A DNA stretch of 64,000 nt from an uncultured Chlamydiae bacterium (GTDB lineage: Bacteria; Chlamydiota; Chlamydiia; Chlamydiales; Parachlamydiaceae), in contig CAVWGN010000001.1 of the NCBI GenBank assembly GCA_963754655.1, forward strand, positions 1,632,001 to 1,696,000, read 5' to 3'. A program made the position numbers and the translations under genes. The notes below the pieces were generated by a model. That model did not search any database. It was not told the DNA's origin and saw nothing but the letters and a program-made list of their open reading frames with translations. Below, in pieces: positions 1 through 10,636 of the stretch. Numbering within the stretch: the first letter of the stretch is position 1; each line of letters begins with the position of its first letter.

Positions 1-339
1 GTCAATTTCATCTTTTAAAGCTTGCCAAATCGTTTGCCAGATTCCAGCCTTTGTCCATCGATTAAAGCGATTATAACATGTGCTCCAAGGACCATACTTG
101 GGTGGTAGATCCCTCCAAGCGGCTCCTGTTCTTAAAATCCAAATAATGCCTTCTAAAATCTTACGATGAGGCCGACTTGGTCTGCCCCAATATCCTCGTT
201 CTTTTGGCAATAAAGGTTTTATTTTTATCCATCTTTCATTAGTTAATACTATCCTACCCATTCAAATTTCCCCCTTGTTTTATTAGAGAAAATTATAAAT
301 CATAAGAGTTATTATTTTAAATCTTTTAGGTACGCTCCC
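1..339 (-). mobile_element. IS5-family element, partial (cut by window edge); transposase ORF A starts at 261
   Basis: Near-identical to 32452-32790; ends in TIR AATCTTTTAGGTACGCTCCC followed by TAG; minus-strand ORF MGRIVLTNERW... Confidence 0.92.
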
Positions 340-833
340 TAGTACTCAACCACATTAGTTTTAGCCTATTGGGATGGTTTTAAATCCCTATGCGTTAAGG
401 TAAGAGATGGGTGTAGGCTACGTGCCGCATTCAGTCGCCACGCCGCTTCGCTCTGGGCTCTATGAGAGGGGTCATGACCCACCGTTCGGTCGCCCTCCGG
501 GCTCGGTCACGGTGGGCTAGAATCAGTCGTCCTACGGACTCTAGCGGCATTATCAAAACGCCTTGACTAGCATTCTAGCAGCACTATTATCAAACACCTT
601 ACCTAACATTCAATGACTTCTACATTGCCGCTAGAGTCCGTAGGACGACTGATTCTAGCCCACCGTGACCGAGCCCGGAGGGCGACCGAACGGTGGGTCA
701 TGACCCCTCTCATAGAGCCCAGAGCGAAGCGGCGTGGCGATTGAATGCGGCACATTGCTTAAGCTCATCTTAACTTGACGAATAGGGATTTCAAAACCAT
801 CCTATAGGCAAACACTAATGTAATCGATTACTA
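340..833. repeat. Large palindromic REP/MITE-like element A
   Basis: 128-bp GC-rich arms 422-549 and 626-753 are reverse complements with one mismatch; imperfect pairing extends out to termini TAGTACTCAACCACATTAGT / ACTAATGTAATCGATTACTA. Confidence 0.9.
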
Positions 834-931
834 TGCTAACCCATACTGCTTAAATGACGGCAAGACTTTCAATTAAACAAAATTTGTTGAATGATATTCA
901 ATCAAGAAGTTTTAAAGCTTTGATAGCGAAT

Positions 932-2134
932 TCATTGAATTTTTTGAATGATAAAATCATTAATTTTATTAGAAATCACATGTTGCTTAACTTGTTGAGA
1001 AGTCAAATCTGTAGAAGATAAATCGTGTTCAGTAATAAATGGCTCATGGTGATAAGTCAATGGTTGCGGAACAATAGAACTCACAACAATAGCATCTAAC
1101 GGCTCTTCTAAATGTTGAGGAATCGCTTGATTTAATAAAATAAGCTGAGGCTGATCTAATGGTGTAGGCTGCTTATTTAAAGGAATTTCATTTTCAGCAA
1201 GATCTAACAATTGGGGGGAATGATTTTTTTTAAATTTTTTTAAGGGGCTTTCTTCAACGGAAGAATTTGTTTCGCTTCTCGAATGTTTCTTATTAAATTT
1301 TGAATTCAGTATTTTCCAATGACGTGCACATTGCTCAGATGTTATATCAGAAAACTCCTGCGAAATGAGGGCCCATTGACCTTCTCCAAGGCGGTGAACG
1401 GCTTCTTTTAATTGATTATCTTCCTTGTCTGTCCATTTTTTGTATTTGATAGGTGTTTTTAAAATCCTCTTATACTGATGACGGCAGTGATTCTCGGTTC
1501 TACCCGACATCTCTTTGGCTATCATGGCCCACTTTTGCCCATGTTGATTGACAAGTTTTTTCAATTGCTCATTTTCTTCTTCTGTCCATTTTTCTCGTTT
1601 GATAGTAGGGTCTAAAGTTAGCTTATAGCGTTGCCTACATTGAGTATCCGTTCTACCCGGCATTTTTTTGGCTATCTTTGTCCATTTTTCTCCATGTTGA
1701 GCTACAAGGTTTTTTAATTGCTGATCTTCTTCTTCTGTCCATTTTTCGTGTTTGATAGCGGGTTTTAAAGTGTTCTTATAGCGTTGACGACACTGCCTAT
1801 TTGTTCTACCCGAAATCTCTTTGGCTATCTTTGTCCAATTTTCTCCATGTTGAGTCACAAGGTTTTTTAATTGCTCATCTTCCTCTTCTGTCCATTTTCC
1901 ATGCTTAATCGCAGGGTTCAATACACTTATCCAATGATCCATGCATTGTTGATCAGTTATACCAGGCATCTTCTCTGCAACTCTCTTCCAGTTCTCTCCA
2001 AATTCTTTTATATAATTGCTTAATTGCGTATTTTCAGCATCAGTCCATTTTTTCTTGGATTTTTCTACAGGATTTACTTCAATAGATGGTACACTGACTT
2101 GTTCAGGATAATGATTTGAAATTCCTATATTCAT
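932..2134 (-). CDS. Myb/SANT-repeat protein (five ~51-aa Myb repeats), candidate nuclear effector
   Basis: Repeated KWTEEED..L..LV..HG.KW..IA..M.GRT..QCR.RY pattern with Myb Trp spacing; low-complexity C-terminal tail with SPLKKFKK. Confidence 0.9.
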   Translation of the reverse strand: MNIGISNHYPEQVSVPSIEVNPVEKSKKKWTDAENTQLSNYIKEFGENWKRVAEKMPGITDQQCMDHWISVLNPAIKHGKWTEEEDEQLKNLVTQHGENWTKIAKEISGRTNRQCRQRYKNTLKPAIKHEKWTEEEDQQLKNLVAQHGEKWTKIAKKMPGRTDTQCRQRYKLTLDPTIKREKWTEEENEQLKKLVNQHGQKWAMIAKEMSGRTENHCRHQYKRILKTPIKYKKWTDKEDNQLKEAVHRLGEGQWALISQEFSDITSEQCARHWKILNSKFNKKHSRSETNSSVEESPLKKFKKNHSPQLLDLAENEIPLNKQPTPLDQPQLILLNQAIPQHLEEPLDAIVVSSIVPQPLTYHHEPFITEHDLSSTDLTSQQVKQHVISNKINDFIIQKIQ

Positions 2135-2568
2135 GCGACCCCTTTTTAAAATTTCATATACAATTAATAAATAAAGATAAATTAAATTGTCATTAATTTA
2201 ATTTCAATATAAATTAAAATAAAAACAAATTAAATTTAATTTTTAATATTTATAAATAATAATTCAATTAAATTCTATATATTTATTCAGTCATTGATTT
2301 ATTGAACGTCTTGCGTAATTAAATTTCAATGTCATGATTGTAAAGCTCGTCAATAAGATGGAAGTGTAGAGCCAATCTTTTTCTGCGTTTTGTGTACTTA
2401 TCACTCATTATTTTAAATGTTGCATACCTGAACAATTGATTAGAAATTCAGTTATTTGAAAAATCGAATATGAGTCTGTTGAGACATCCTGATAAAAATG
2501 CTTGCCTTTATGACTGTTTTTCTTTAAAACTCTCTCTCCGATTAAGATCAATTGAATGGAAGGAAATA

Positions 2569-4830
2569 ATGTCTGATCCAATGTCTTTGCATTTTATTCA
2601 AGCTATTGCAGGCGAACTTGCGGTTCATCCCAAGAGTGTGGAGGCTGTCCTCCAACTGTTAGAAGAGGGGAATACCATTCCCTTTATTGCTCGTTATCGT
2701 AAGGAGGCCACAGGTAATTTAGATGAATTGCAAATTAAAAACATTCAGGAACGACATCATTACTTAAAAGAATTAGAGGAAAGAAAACTGGCTATTCTTT
2801 CTTCCATTGAATCTCAAGGCAAATTGACAGATGCATTACGTAATCAAATTATGGCTTGCCAGATTAAAACCACTCTAGAAGATCTTTATCTTCCTTATAA
2901 GCCAAAACGTCGTACGCGCGCCATGATTGCAAGGGAAAAGGGGCTTGAGCCATTGGCAGAACTGATCTTACAGCAGCCTTTATCTGATTATCCAGAAAAA
3001 GCAGCACAAGCTTATGTTAATGCAGAAAAAGGAGTTGAGGATATTGCAGCAGCCTTGGCTGGTGCACGCGATATTGTAGCTGAAAAAGTAGCTGAAAATG
3101 CTTTAATACGTGCATTTGTGCGAGAAACATTCGCATCAGATGGAATCGTCGTTTCAAAAGTTCGCGCGGAAAAAGCGTCTCAATCAACGAAATTTGATCA
3201 GTACTATGATTTTAAAGAAGCGGTTAAAACTATTCCTTCTCACCGGTATTTAGCAATTCGAAGAGGGGAGCGAGAAGAGATTTTAAATTTTTCTATTGAA
3301 ATTGAGGCTGAGGATGTTTTGACCCATATTGCGAAAATGCTGAAATTAAATTCTCAATCGCCTTTTGGTGAACAATTCAGGCAGGCAATCGAGGATGCTT
3401 TCCATCGCTTAATTTGCCCGAGCGTAGAAACAGATATTCGTATTGATCTTAAAATGACTTCTGATCGAGCTGCCGTCGCCATTTTTGCTGATAACTTAAG
3501 GCATTTATTACTTGCTTCTCCTATGGGAGGACGATCTGTCTTGGCAATCGATCCTGGATTACGGACAGGGTGTAAGTGCGCTGTTGTAGATGCAACAGGT
3601 AAATATTTAGATTCTGTAACGATTTATCTTTCACAAGGCGAACAAGCTTTGCAGCAAGCGAAAAAAGAGCTTAAGCGATTAATCGAACATTATCAACCCT
3701 ATGCAATAGCAATTGGCAATGGCACTGCTGGGCGTGAAACAGAAGCTCTTGTTCGGCAATTTTTGAAAGAAATAAGCTGTTTATCCGTAATTGTTGTGTC
3801 CGTTAATGAAGCCGGAGCTAGTGTGTATAGTGCTTCGGATGTGGCTCGCGAAGAGTTTTCTGAACTCGATATTACCATTAGAGGGGCAATTTCTATTGGC
3901 AGAAGATTGCAAGATCCATTGGCTGAACTGGTCAAAATCGATCCTAAATCAATTGGAGTTGGACAATATCAACATGATGTTCACCAACCCCTTTTACAAG
4001 AAGAACTCCAGCATGTCGTTGAAAGCTGTGTGAACAAAGTAGGAGTGGATCTTAACACCGCCAGTTATTCTTTATTAACCTATGTTTCTGGCATTGGTCC
4101 TACGCTTGCTCGTAAAATTATCAAGCATCGTGAAAATTATGGAGCTTTTAAAACTCGCTCACAATTGCGTGAAATTACTGGATTTGGCCCGAAAACGTTT
4201 GAACAGGCCGCGGGCTTTTTGCGCATTCGGGATGGAGAAAATCCTTTGGACGCTTCAGCTGTGCATCCTGAACGCTATGAAGTCGTTGAACAGATCGCTC
4301 ACGATCTCCATGTTTCGTTTTCAGAGCTTATTTGCAATCCAAAACTTATTGATAACGTTGACTTTTCGCGTTATGCACGCATCGTAGGAGAGCATACTTT
4401 GGCTGACATGATTCAAGAGCTCAAAAAACCAGGACGAGATCCCCGAGCCAGTTTTGAACCTCCTTCCTTTCGCGATGATATTCTATCTCTTGAAGATCTT
4501 AAGCCTGGCATGAAGCTTGAAGGAATTGTGACAAATGTGACTGCTTTTGGCGCTTTTGTCGATATTGGCGTTCACCAAGATGGGCTGATTCATTTATCTG
4601 AATTATCTCATCAATATATTAAAGATCCTCGAGAAGTTGTTAAGACGGGAGATAAAGTTCAAGTCGAAGTTTTACAAATCGATATTGCACGCCGACGCAT
4701 TTCGTTGACAGCGCGCTTAGGACAAAAAAGGGATGCGCTGTTCTTACAACCCACTAAGCAAGAATTTTCTAAAACAAAACATAAACAGACTAAATCTAAT
4801 TTTTATTCAAATCCTTTTAATAACATTTAA
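2569..4830 (+). CDS. tex: Tex-family RNA-binding transcription accessory protein (S1 domain)
   Basis: GNTIPFIARYRKE, LAIDPGLRTGCK, SIGVGQYQHDV and C-terminal S1 (NVTAFGAFVDIG); start moved to ATG 2569 behind AAGGA. Confidence 0.93.
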   Translation: MSDPMSLHFIQAIAGELAVHPKSVEAVLQLLEEGNTIPFIARYRKEATGNLDELQIKNIQERHHYLKELEERKLAILSSIESQGKLTDALRNQIMACQIKTTLEDLYLPYKPKRRTRAMIAREKGLEPLAELILQQPLSDYPEKAAQAYVNAEKGVEDIAAALAGARDIVAEKVAENALIRAFVRETFASDGIVVSKVRAEKASQSTKFDQYYDFKEAVKTIPSHRYLAIRRGEREEILNFSIEIEAEDVLTHIAKMLKLNSQSPFGEQFRQAIEDAFHRLICPSVETDIRIDLKMTSDRAAVAIFADNLRHLLLASPMGGRSVLAIDPGLRTGCKCAVVDATGKYLDSVTIYLSQGEQALQQAKKELKRLIEHYQPYAIAIGNGTAGRETEALVRQFLKEISCLSVIVVSVNEAGASVYSASDVAREEFSELDITIRGAISIGRRLQDPLAELVKIDPKSIGVGQYQHDVHQPLLQEELQHVVESCVNKVGVDLNTASYSLLTYVSGIGPTLARKIIKHRENYGAFKTRSQLREITGFGPKTFEQAAGFLRIRDGENPLDASAVHPERYEVVEQIAHDLHVSFSELICNPKLIDNVDFSRYARIVGEHTLADMIQELKKPGRDPRASFEPPSFRDDILSLEDLKPGMKLEGIVTNVTAFGAFVDIGVHQDGLIHLSELSHQYIKDPREVVKTGDKVQVEVLQIDIARRRISLTARLGQKRDALFLQPTKQEFSKTKHKQTKSNFYSNPFNNI

Positions 4831-4881
4831 TGTGAAGGTTTGAAAATAGAATTAAAAGAATTATAGTTGCAATGTACCGTT

Positions 4882-6090
4882 CTATAACTTATGGACAAAT
4901 ATACCATTCATTACTTCTTGCTTCATCGATACATTGCTAATAGACTTTTGGCCTATCCCACAAGAGGAATCTCCACAAGCGTAAATTCCCGTGGAACTCA
5001 CGGTACTCAATTTTAATAAATTTTTGGCTGCATTAATGTCTCTATCGTGTTGTGTACTGCAACGTTGACAGACCCATTCCCTGATGTTCAGCGGCATTTG
5101 GATGGCTTTATGCTGACAATGAGAACAGATTTTTGAAGAAGAATAATACCTTGGCGCTCTTATTAGCTTCGAGCCATACCATTCTGTCTTATAGGCAAGC
5201 ATGCGTATAAATCCGCTCCATCCTGCATCGGCAATCCCTCTACTCAACCTATTCTTTTGCTGCAAAGTTTGTACATCCAAATCTTCAACAACAATAATTG
5301 ACTTGGTTTTCGCCAATCTTGTTGATAATTTATGATGGAAATCAGTGCGTTGATTGCCGATTTTTCGATGCTGTCTGGCTAACAAAAGAGATGATTTCTT
5401 ATAATTACTAGAACCCTTTTGTTTGCGACTTTGTTTTTTATTTAACACTCTTATCTTTTTAAGCGATTTATTTAAAGGCTTTGGTGAAATAGTTTTTTCA
5501 CCTTCTGAAGTTGTAACAAAAGAGGTTAGCCCGACATCAATGCCAATCGCTGGTCCTTCAACTGGCTGAGAATTTTCTATTTCACACTCTACCGTTACAC
5601 TAACATACCACCGATCTGCTTGACGAGAAACTGTAGCTGAAAGAATTCTTCCTCGTACTTCTGCACACTCTTTAAGTCGAATGATATCCAAACGAGGTAA
5701 TTGAATGGATTGCTTATTAACTTTAATGGTTCCCGTTAATCGGAAATGATCGTTGATCCCCTTTCTCTTAAATTTTGGGAATCCTCCTTTCTTACCACTC
5801 TTCTGACGGTGGAAAAAATTCTGAAAAGCTCGATCAAGATCTCTCAAAGCCTCTTGGGGCGCACATTTTGACACCTCATACATCCAAGAAAATTGTGACC
5901 CCTTCAAATTATTGAGTAATCGGTGCTGTTCAATAGCGTTAGTAGATATTCCATCTTTTTCATATTTTTCAATTCTTGCAGCAAGCCCCCAGTTATAAGC
6001 AAACCGAGCAGATCCTGCATGCTTGGCTAAGAGGATGCGCTGAGCGATATTCGGCTTTAATTCATATCGGTAAGCTCTTTTAATTAGCAT
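4882..6090 (-). CDS. tnpB: TnpB RNA-guided nuclease (IS607)
   Basis: RuvC motifs GIDVG, VVEDL, HDRDINAA and CSHC/CQRC zinc finger; start MLIKRAYRY overlaps the tnpA stop. Confidence 0.93.
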   Translation of the reverse strand: MLIKRAYRYELKPNIAQRILLAKHAGSARFAYNWGLAARIEKYEKDGISTNAIEQHRLLNNLKGSQFSWMYEVSKCAPQEALRDLDRAFQNFFHRQKSGKKGGFPKFKRKGINDHFRLTGTIKVNKQSIQLPRLDIIRLKECAEVRGRILSATVSRQADRWYVSVTVECEIENSQPVEGPAIGIDVGLTSFVTTSEGEKTISPKPLNKSLKKIRVLNKKQSRKQKGSSNYKKSSLLLARQHRKIGNQRTDFHHKLSTRLAKTKSIIVVEDLDVQTLQQKNRLSRGIADAGWSGFIRMLAYKTEWYGSKLIRAPRYYSSSKICSHCQHKAIQMPLNIREWVCQRCSTQHDRDINAAKNLLKLSTVSSTGIYACGDSSCGIGQKSISNVSMKQEVMNGIFVHKL

Positions 6091-6646
6091 TTTGCATGGT
6101 TTCCAATGCTTTTTTAGCTTTGTTCTTTGCCGATCTTCGTCCGTATAGTCTAGCACAAAAAGAAGTTAACATTTCTATCATATCTTGAACTAAATCATCC
6201 TTTAACTCAGAACCATCTGCAACTATTAATTTTCTTCCTTGTGCAGCTAATGCTGACTCCACATATTCAGCACCAAATCTCATCAATCGATCTCGATGTT
6301 CGACTAAAATAATCCGGATCTTTGGATTGTTCAATAATTTTATTAATTTAGGACGATGGCCATTGAGGCCAGAGCCTATTTCTGTTACTGTGTGAGCCAC
6401 AAGATAGCCTTTTTGATTGGCAAAAGTGACTAGCCGGCTTACTTGCCCGTTAAGATCATTTTTTTGATCGGCTGAGGACACACGTGCATAGATAGCAACA
6501 GCATTTGGCTCAAGCATTTCCTCTTTGATTAGAATTGTTCCTGTTTTTGTTTGCTCGGCAGGAACAGGGAGTTGTCCTGCTTTGAACCAGCGCCAAGCAG
6601 TCCTATAGCTTATGCCTTGTTTTTTTGCCCATTTACTTAGTTTCAT
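6080..6646 (-). CDS. tnpA: IS607 serine recombinase/transposase TnpA
   Basis: N-terminal HTH (MKLSKWAK..GISYRTAWRWF), YARVSS catalytic motif, EHRDRL. Confidence 0.93.
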   Translation of the reverse strand: MKLSKWAKKQGISYRTAWRWFKAGQLPVPAEQTKTGTILIKEEMLEPNAVAIYARVSSADQKNDLNGQVSRLVTFANQKGYLVAHTVTEIGSGLNGHRPKLIKLLNNPKIRIILVEHRDRLMRFGAEYVESALAAQGRKLIVADGSELKDDLVQDMIEMLTSFCARLYGRRSAKNKAKKALETMQNAN

Positions 6647-7512
6647 GCTAATGAAATATCAAATTCGAACATATATGTCTATAAATTTGTCAACAATTCG
6701 CAGCCCTTTTAGAAGGTTATAAACAGCTTGCAAAAATCTATCCATATCTCAGCGATTCCCACTGGGAGTTTTTTAGAGAAAAAATAAGTTATTCATCTTA
6801 CGCAAGCGAAGTCAAACAATCAGTGATATCCCTTAAATAAATAGCTTGATTTATTTAATAGCCTGAAAGGCTGCAAATAATAAGTTGTGTTGGCAATAAA
6901 AAAGATTCCCAAGATTTAGAAAATTGTCGGATGTGCTACCCATTTAGTTATGACTTTTTTTGTTATTATCAGACGTAGATGGAGAGTGTTATTTATTTAT
7001 TATCAGACCTTATAGAAGGAAGGCCTAATACAGAGAAAAATTATAGAACAGCTTTACAACCTGCGGAATGTGGGATAATACAAAATCTTTGTCAATAAAA
7101 CTGATTGCATTCGTCTCTATTGATTTTCATCCATTAATTTACTATTAGCTCTCGCAAAAATCTTTTGGCATTTATCGCCAATAACTGGTCTCGCAATAAA
7201 TTAGGAATTTTGCACAACCATTTTTGTATCGAGTTGAAATTCTTTGCCATCCCTTAATTCTTTGAAAAAACGCTCACCTAAATTCCTTTTTTTATACGAA
7301 GTTTATTGATAATGATAATCAAGTGGCGATGTTTCAACTTCCAACCGCAGTGCATCAATCTTTAATTCCTAGCGAAAAAATAAATAAATAAACATCGAAA
7401 ATTTCTTTATTTTATAAATAAAACTACAAATTTAAATAATTAATAAAATCTTAATATTATTAGTCTATTATTTAAATAGACGTGTCTTTATTTATTAAAA
7501 TAAGGCTTTAAA

Positions 7513-10500
7513 ATGAATCAAATTCCTCCTTCAAACCTTAGTTCAGCTCCTAGCCCTATTTCAGAAACTAAAAAAGAGAATTCTTTTAATAAAAAAACAG
7601 AAGATTTATCTCATTTATTTAACATAATCAAATCAACTTTTAAATCATTAACAGAAATAAAAATAAAAAGAGAAAAAATTATTAATGAAATTAGGGTATT
7701 AGATGACGAGATTAAACATATAGAAAAATCATTGAAGGATTCTAAGCAAAACACACCAGAATTAAAGAATGAACCGTCAAAAACACCTCTTGTAGGTACC
7801 TTGGTTAACGAATTTTATAATTCCACCAACAGAATTCATGATTTTAAAGTTCAAAAGAGCGAGTACGAACAAAAGCTCAAAGCTCTCCGCCTATCTCTTG
7901 TCTCTGTGGAAAAAAAGAAAATAGATAAGATATTTGAGTTAGAAAGTCAAATACGCATTCTTCTCGAAAAGGATTTTCCTGAAAAGGAGAAATACCAAAA
8001 AATTTATTTACAGAATGTTTTACCCCTTGTTCAAGAAATTAAGCAATCCCTTATTCAAAGGCCTTTCCAATTTGTCGCTCAAGCAGCAGCAGCCAAAGGA
8101 AAGGCAGCTCAGGCAGGCTTACAAGCATTAAAACAATTAGCTGAAAATAAGCCTGTTATGAAAAATGGCGGAGTCTCAACACAAGAAGTCTTTTTATTAC
8201 CCGAAGAAGGAGTTGTTTTTAAACATTCAAATGAAAGGGCAAAAGAAGAGGAACGTCTTGTTAATGATTTATTGGACTTAATGTCTAAGCAGGCAGTTGT
8301 CGGGATATTCAATATTCAACATGTATCGGCAGACAAGTTTGGTATTCAATTTTCAGAAGGACAAGCAAGGGGATTTACTGCCGATGATCTTTCTAAGTCG
8401 CCTAGTATACGCGACGGCATCGAGCAAAAATTATCGGATCATGATCGCCTACTTTTGAAAAAGCATGAGGCAACTCCGACAAAAGTAGATACAGCCTTAG
8501 AAAACTATGAGAATGTGAAAAAACAAACTTGGTTTATCAAGCCTCCAGGGAAAGATGGGGAGTGGGAATCAGTTTCCTTTAGTGATTTACAGAAGTTAAA
8601 CTTAGTTCATCAATTGCCCGCCGGTGCTCTGATTGGAACGGCTCCAGAATCAGATAAAATCCTCTCCTTTCAAGATCATCTTTTAAAAGAGACAGACTTT
8701 GCTCGTGCATTAAATTATTTACCTGCTTTGCATAGCTCACCTAACACCTTGTATTTTTCACCTGACTTAAGCAATCCAGAAATCAGAAAAGCTTATGAGA
8801 CCTGTGAAAAATATCAATGGAGATATGTAGATGAAAATGGAAAAAGCCACAAAGTTGATTTTAAAACCCTGCAAACACTTTGTCTTCAAAAAACGAAAAT
8901 GAAAGGTGTTCTACGCCCTATCCAGAATAAAGAATTGTTGCCTCATTCACAAACCTATTATTTTAACACCTTAGCAAAACAAGCATTGGATGCTAACTGG
9001 AAAGCCATTAGCCCTGAATTAATGCATGTCGACGCGACTGGCGGTCTCGCCAATTTAAAAGATATTCAAGCGAAGCCATTTATAGGCGATATGATTCTAA
9101 TGCATCAGTTGGATTCGAATACTAAAGAAGTCATCTTACAAAGATTGACTCCAGATGCTGAATTTAATGCCGTTTTAACAGGCGAAGTTCAACTGCTTGA
9201 TATGCATGCAAAGAATTTAGGGATTGCTCCTCAATCCAATGCCGAATATGAACGCTACACAAATTTTGAATTTTCAATTTCTTCTTCCCCTCCTCTCAGT
9301 TTGCAAAACTTAATTATTGGATATTTAAGAGGTTATCTCCCACCAGATACAATAATTAAGTTTGAAGAGGAAGGAAAAACGATTACCAAACCTTTAAAAG
9401 ATTTGCCTGAATTGCAGAAAGCTTTAGATGTTCACTGGCAGTTTGTTATTTTTGATACAGACTTATCTCTATCAGAAGACAATCGCTTACAGCTTCAAAC
9501 CCGTGGAGGGGTAGAAGAACATTTGATCCCTTTGCGCTCTGCTCTATTAGAAACAAATTGGAAAGATCGGCCTTTAAGTAAGAAAGCCATCCAGACTTTA
9601 ATGAATAGTGCTGAACGCGATCTTCGCGTTGCCGATTGGATCAAAAGAGCAGATGCACCCATTTATAAACAGCTTTCCCCTTCTGCAAGACAAAGTGTCA
9701 AACAACAAGTAGCTCCTCTCATTCAAGAGTATACGCTTAGTGAACCGCGAAAAAAAGATCCGGCCACTATGACAACGATAAAGAGCTTACAAGATCAATT
9801 TATCCAAAAACTTTCCGATATAACTCAACCCAATCATTTAGCGATTTGGCAAACGTTAGAGAAAGACTTATCCTCTGTTGCGGTTCGCCCAGAGGACACT
9901 TGGGAAAAAATAGCTCAGCGCTATCATCAAGATCCAATTGAATTGAGCACTTTAAATCCTCAAGGTCTTAAACCAGGGGAAAAAATCAAAATTAAATATG
10001 ATCTGACCTCTTCTGCTGCTGAAGCAGCTAAGAAAAGAGAAATGATCGCTCCTCAACTATTCCCTCGCCTCACGCAGCGGCAACAAGCTGCCTTAATAGA
10101 ACGTCAGCAGAGGCGAAGAGACTATCTCAATAATTATCAAGCTCTTTTCCAATCGACTTTAACAGGAAAAGAGCTGTTGGATCAAATCAAACAATTTGTC
10201 CAACGAGCTGAGACCCCGATGAATTCTATAGAAAAAGAAAAATTCTTTACTGATTGTGAGGCTCATGAAGCATCCATTCTCTCATCTCCAACTCGTTTAT
10301 CGAATATTAAGCAATTCATTTGCAAAATATGTCAGCCAACTTATTTTAACTTGATGAAAGTTATGTATCCTTTGCTATCCGATGCTTATGTTTTAAATGA
10401 GATTGCCTATAGAGGAGATCAAGCAACAGCTGGCCAGTCTATCGGGTCATTTAACGCGCCTTTAGAGAAGATGATCTCACATGTTAAAGCAAGTTTTCCC

Positions 10501-10587
10501 CACGATTCTATTGAAGTGCGCTTAGCTAAAAATCTAGAAGATCAAATTGGATCTATTCGCAATCCTGCCTTTTTTGGACACTGGTAG
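7513..10587 (+). CDS. Large hypothetical effector-like protein with PI3/4-kinase-like motifs and a LysM domain
   Basis: Ser/Pro-rich N-terminus, coiled coil, VVFK..EE, LLDMHAKN, IFDTD motifs; LysM-like VRPEDTWEKIAQRY...LNPQGLKPGEKIKI. Confidence 0.55.
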   Translation: MNQIPPSNLSSAPSPISETKKENSFNKKTEDLSHLFNIIKSTFKSLTEIKIKREKIINEIRVLDDEIKHIEKSLKDSKQNTPELKNEPSKTPLVGTLVNEFYNSTNRIHDFKVQKSEYEQKLKALRLSLVSVEKKKIDKIFELESQIRILLEKDFPEKEKYQKIYLQNVLPLVQEIKQSLIQRPFQFVAQAAAAKGKAAQAGLQALKQLAENKPVMKNGGVSTQEVFLLPEEGVVFKHSNERAKEEERLVNDLLDLMSKQAVVGIFNIQHVSADKFGIQFSEGQARGFTADDLSKSPSIRDGIEQKLSDHDRLLLKKHEATPTKVDTALENYENVKKQTWFIKPPGKDGEWESVSFSDLQKLNLVHQLPAGALIGTAPESDKILSFQDHLLKETDFARALNYLPALHSSPNTLYFSPDLSNPEIRKAYETCEKYQWRYVDENGKSHKVDFKTLQTLCLQKTKMKGVLRPIQNKELLPHSQTYYFNTLAKQALDANWKAISPELMHVDATGGLANLKDIQAKPFIGDMILMHQLDSNTKEVILQRLTPDAEFNAVLTGEVQLLDMHAKNLGIAPQSNAEYERYTNFEFSISSSPPLSLQNLIIGYLRGYLPPDTIIKFEEEGKTITKPLKDLPELQKALDVHWQFVIFDTDLSLSEDNRLQLQTRGGVEEHLIPLRSALLETNWKDRPLSKKAIQTLMNSAERDLRVADWIKRADAPIYKQLSPSARQSVKQQVAPLIQEYTLSEPRKKDPATMTTIKSLQDQFIQKLSDITQPNHLAIWQTLEKDLSSVAVRPEDTWEKIAQRYHQDPIELSTLNPQGLKPGEKIKIKYDLTSSAAEAAKKREMIAPQLFPRLTQRQQAALIERQQRRRDYLNNYQALFQSTLTGKELLDQIKQFVQRAETPMNSIEKEKFFTDCEAHEASILSSPTRLSNIKQFICKICQPTYFNLMKVMYPLLSDAYVLNEIAYRGDQATAGQSIGSFNAPLEKMISHVKASFPHDSIEVRLAKNLEDQIGSIRNPAFFGHW

Positions 10588-10636
10588 CATTGGTTCTTCC
10601 AAGGATACGACTCGGCAATGTGATAATGCAAAACAT

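Larger units (their letters stand above)
4877..6706 (-). mobile_element. IS607-family element, copy 1 (intact tnpA + tnpB)
   Basis: Boundaries defined by identity with copy at 16478-18304; both ends fall at GG dinucleotides; no TIRs. Confidence 0.93.

Noticed and set aside
7050..7360. Possible minus-strand pseudogene
   Set aside because: Multiple stops and no recognisable motif
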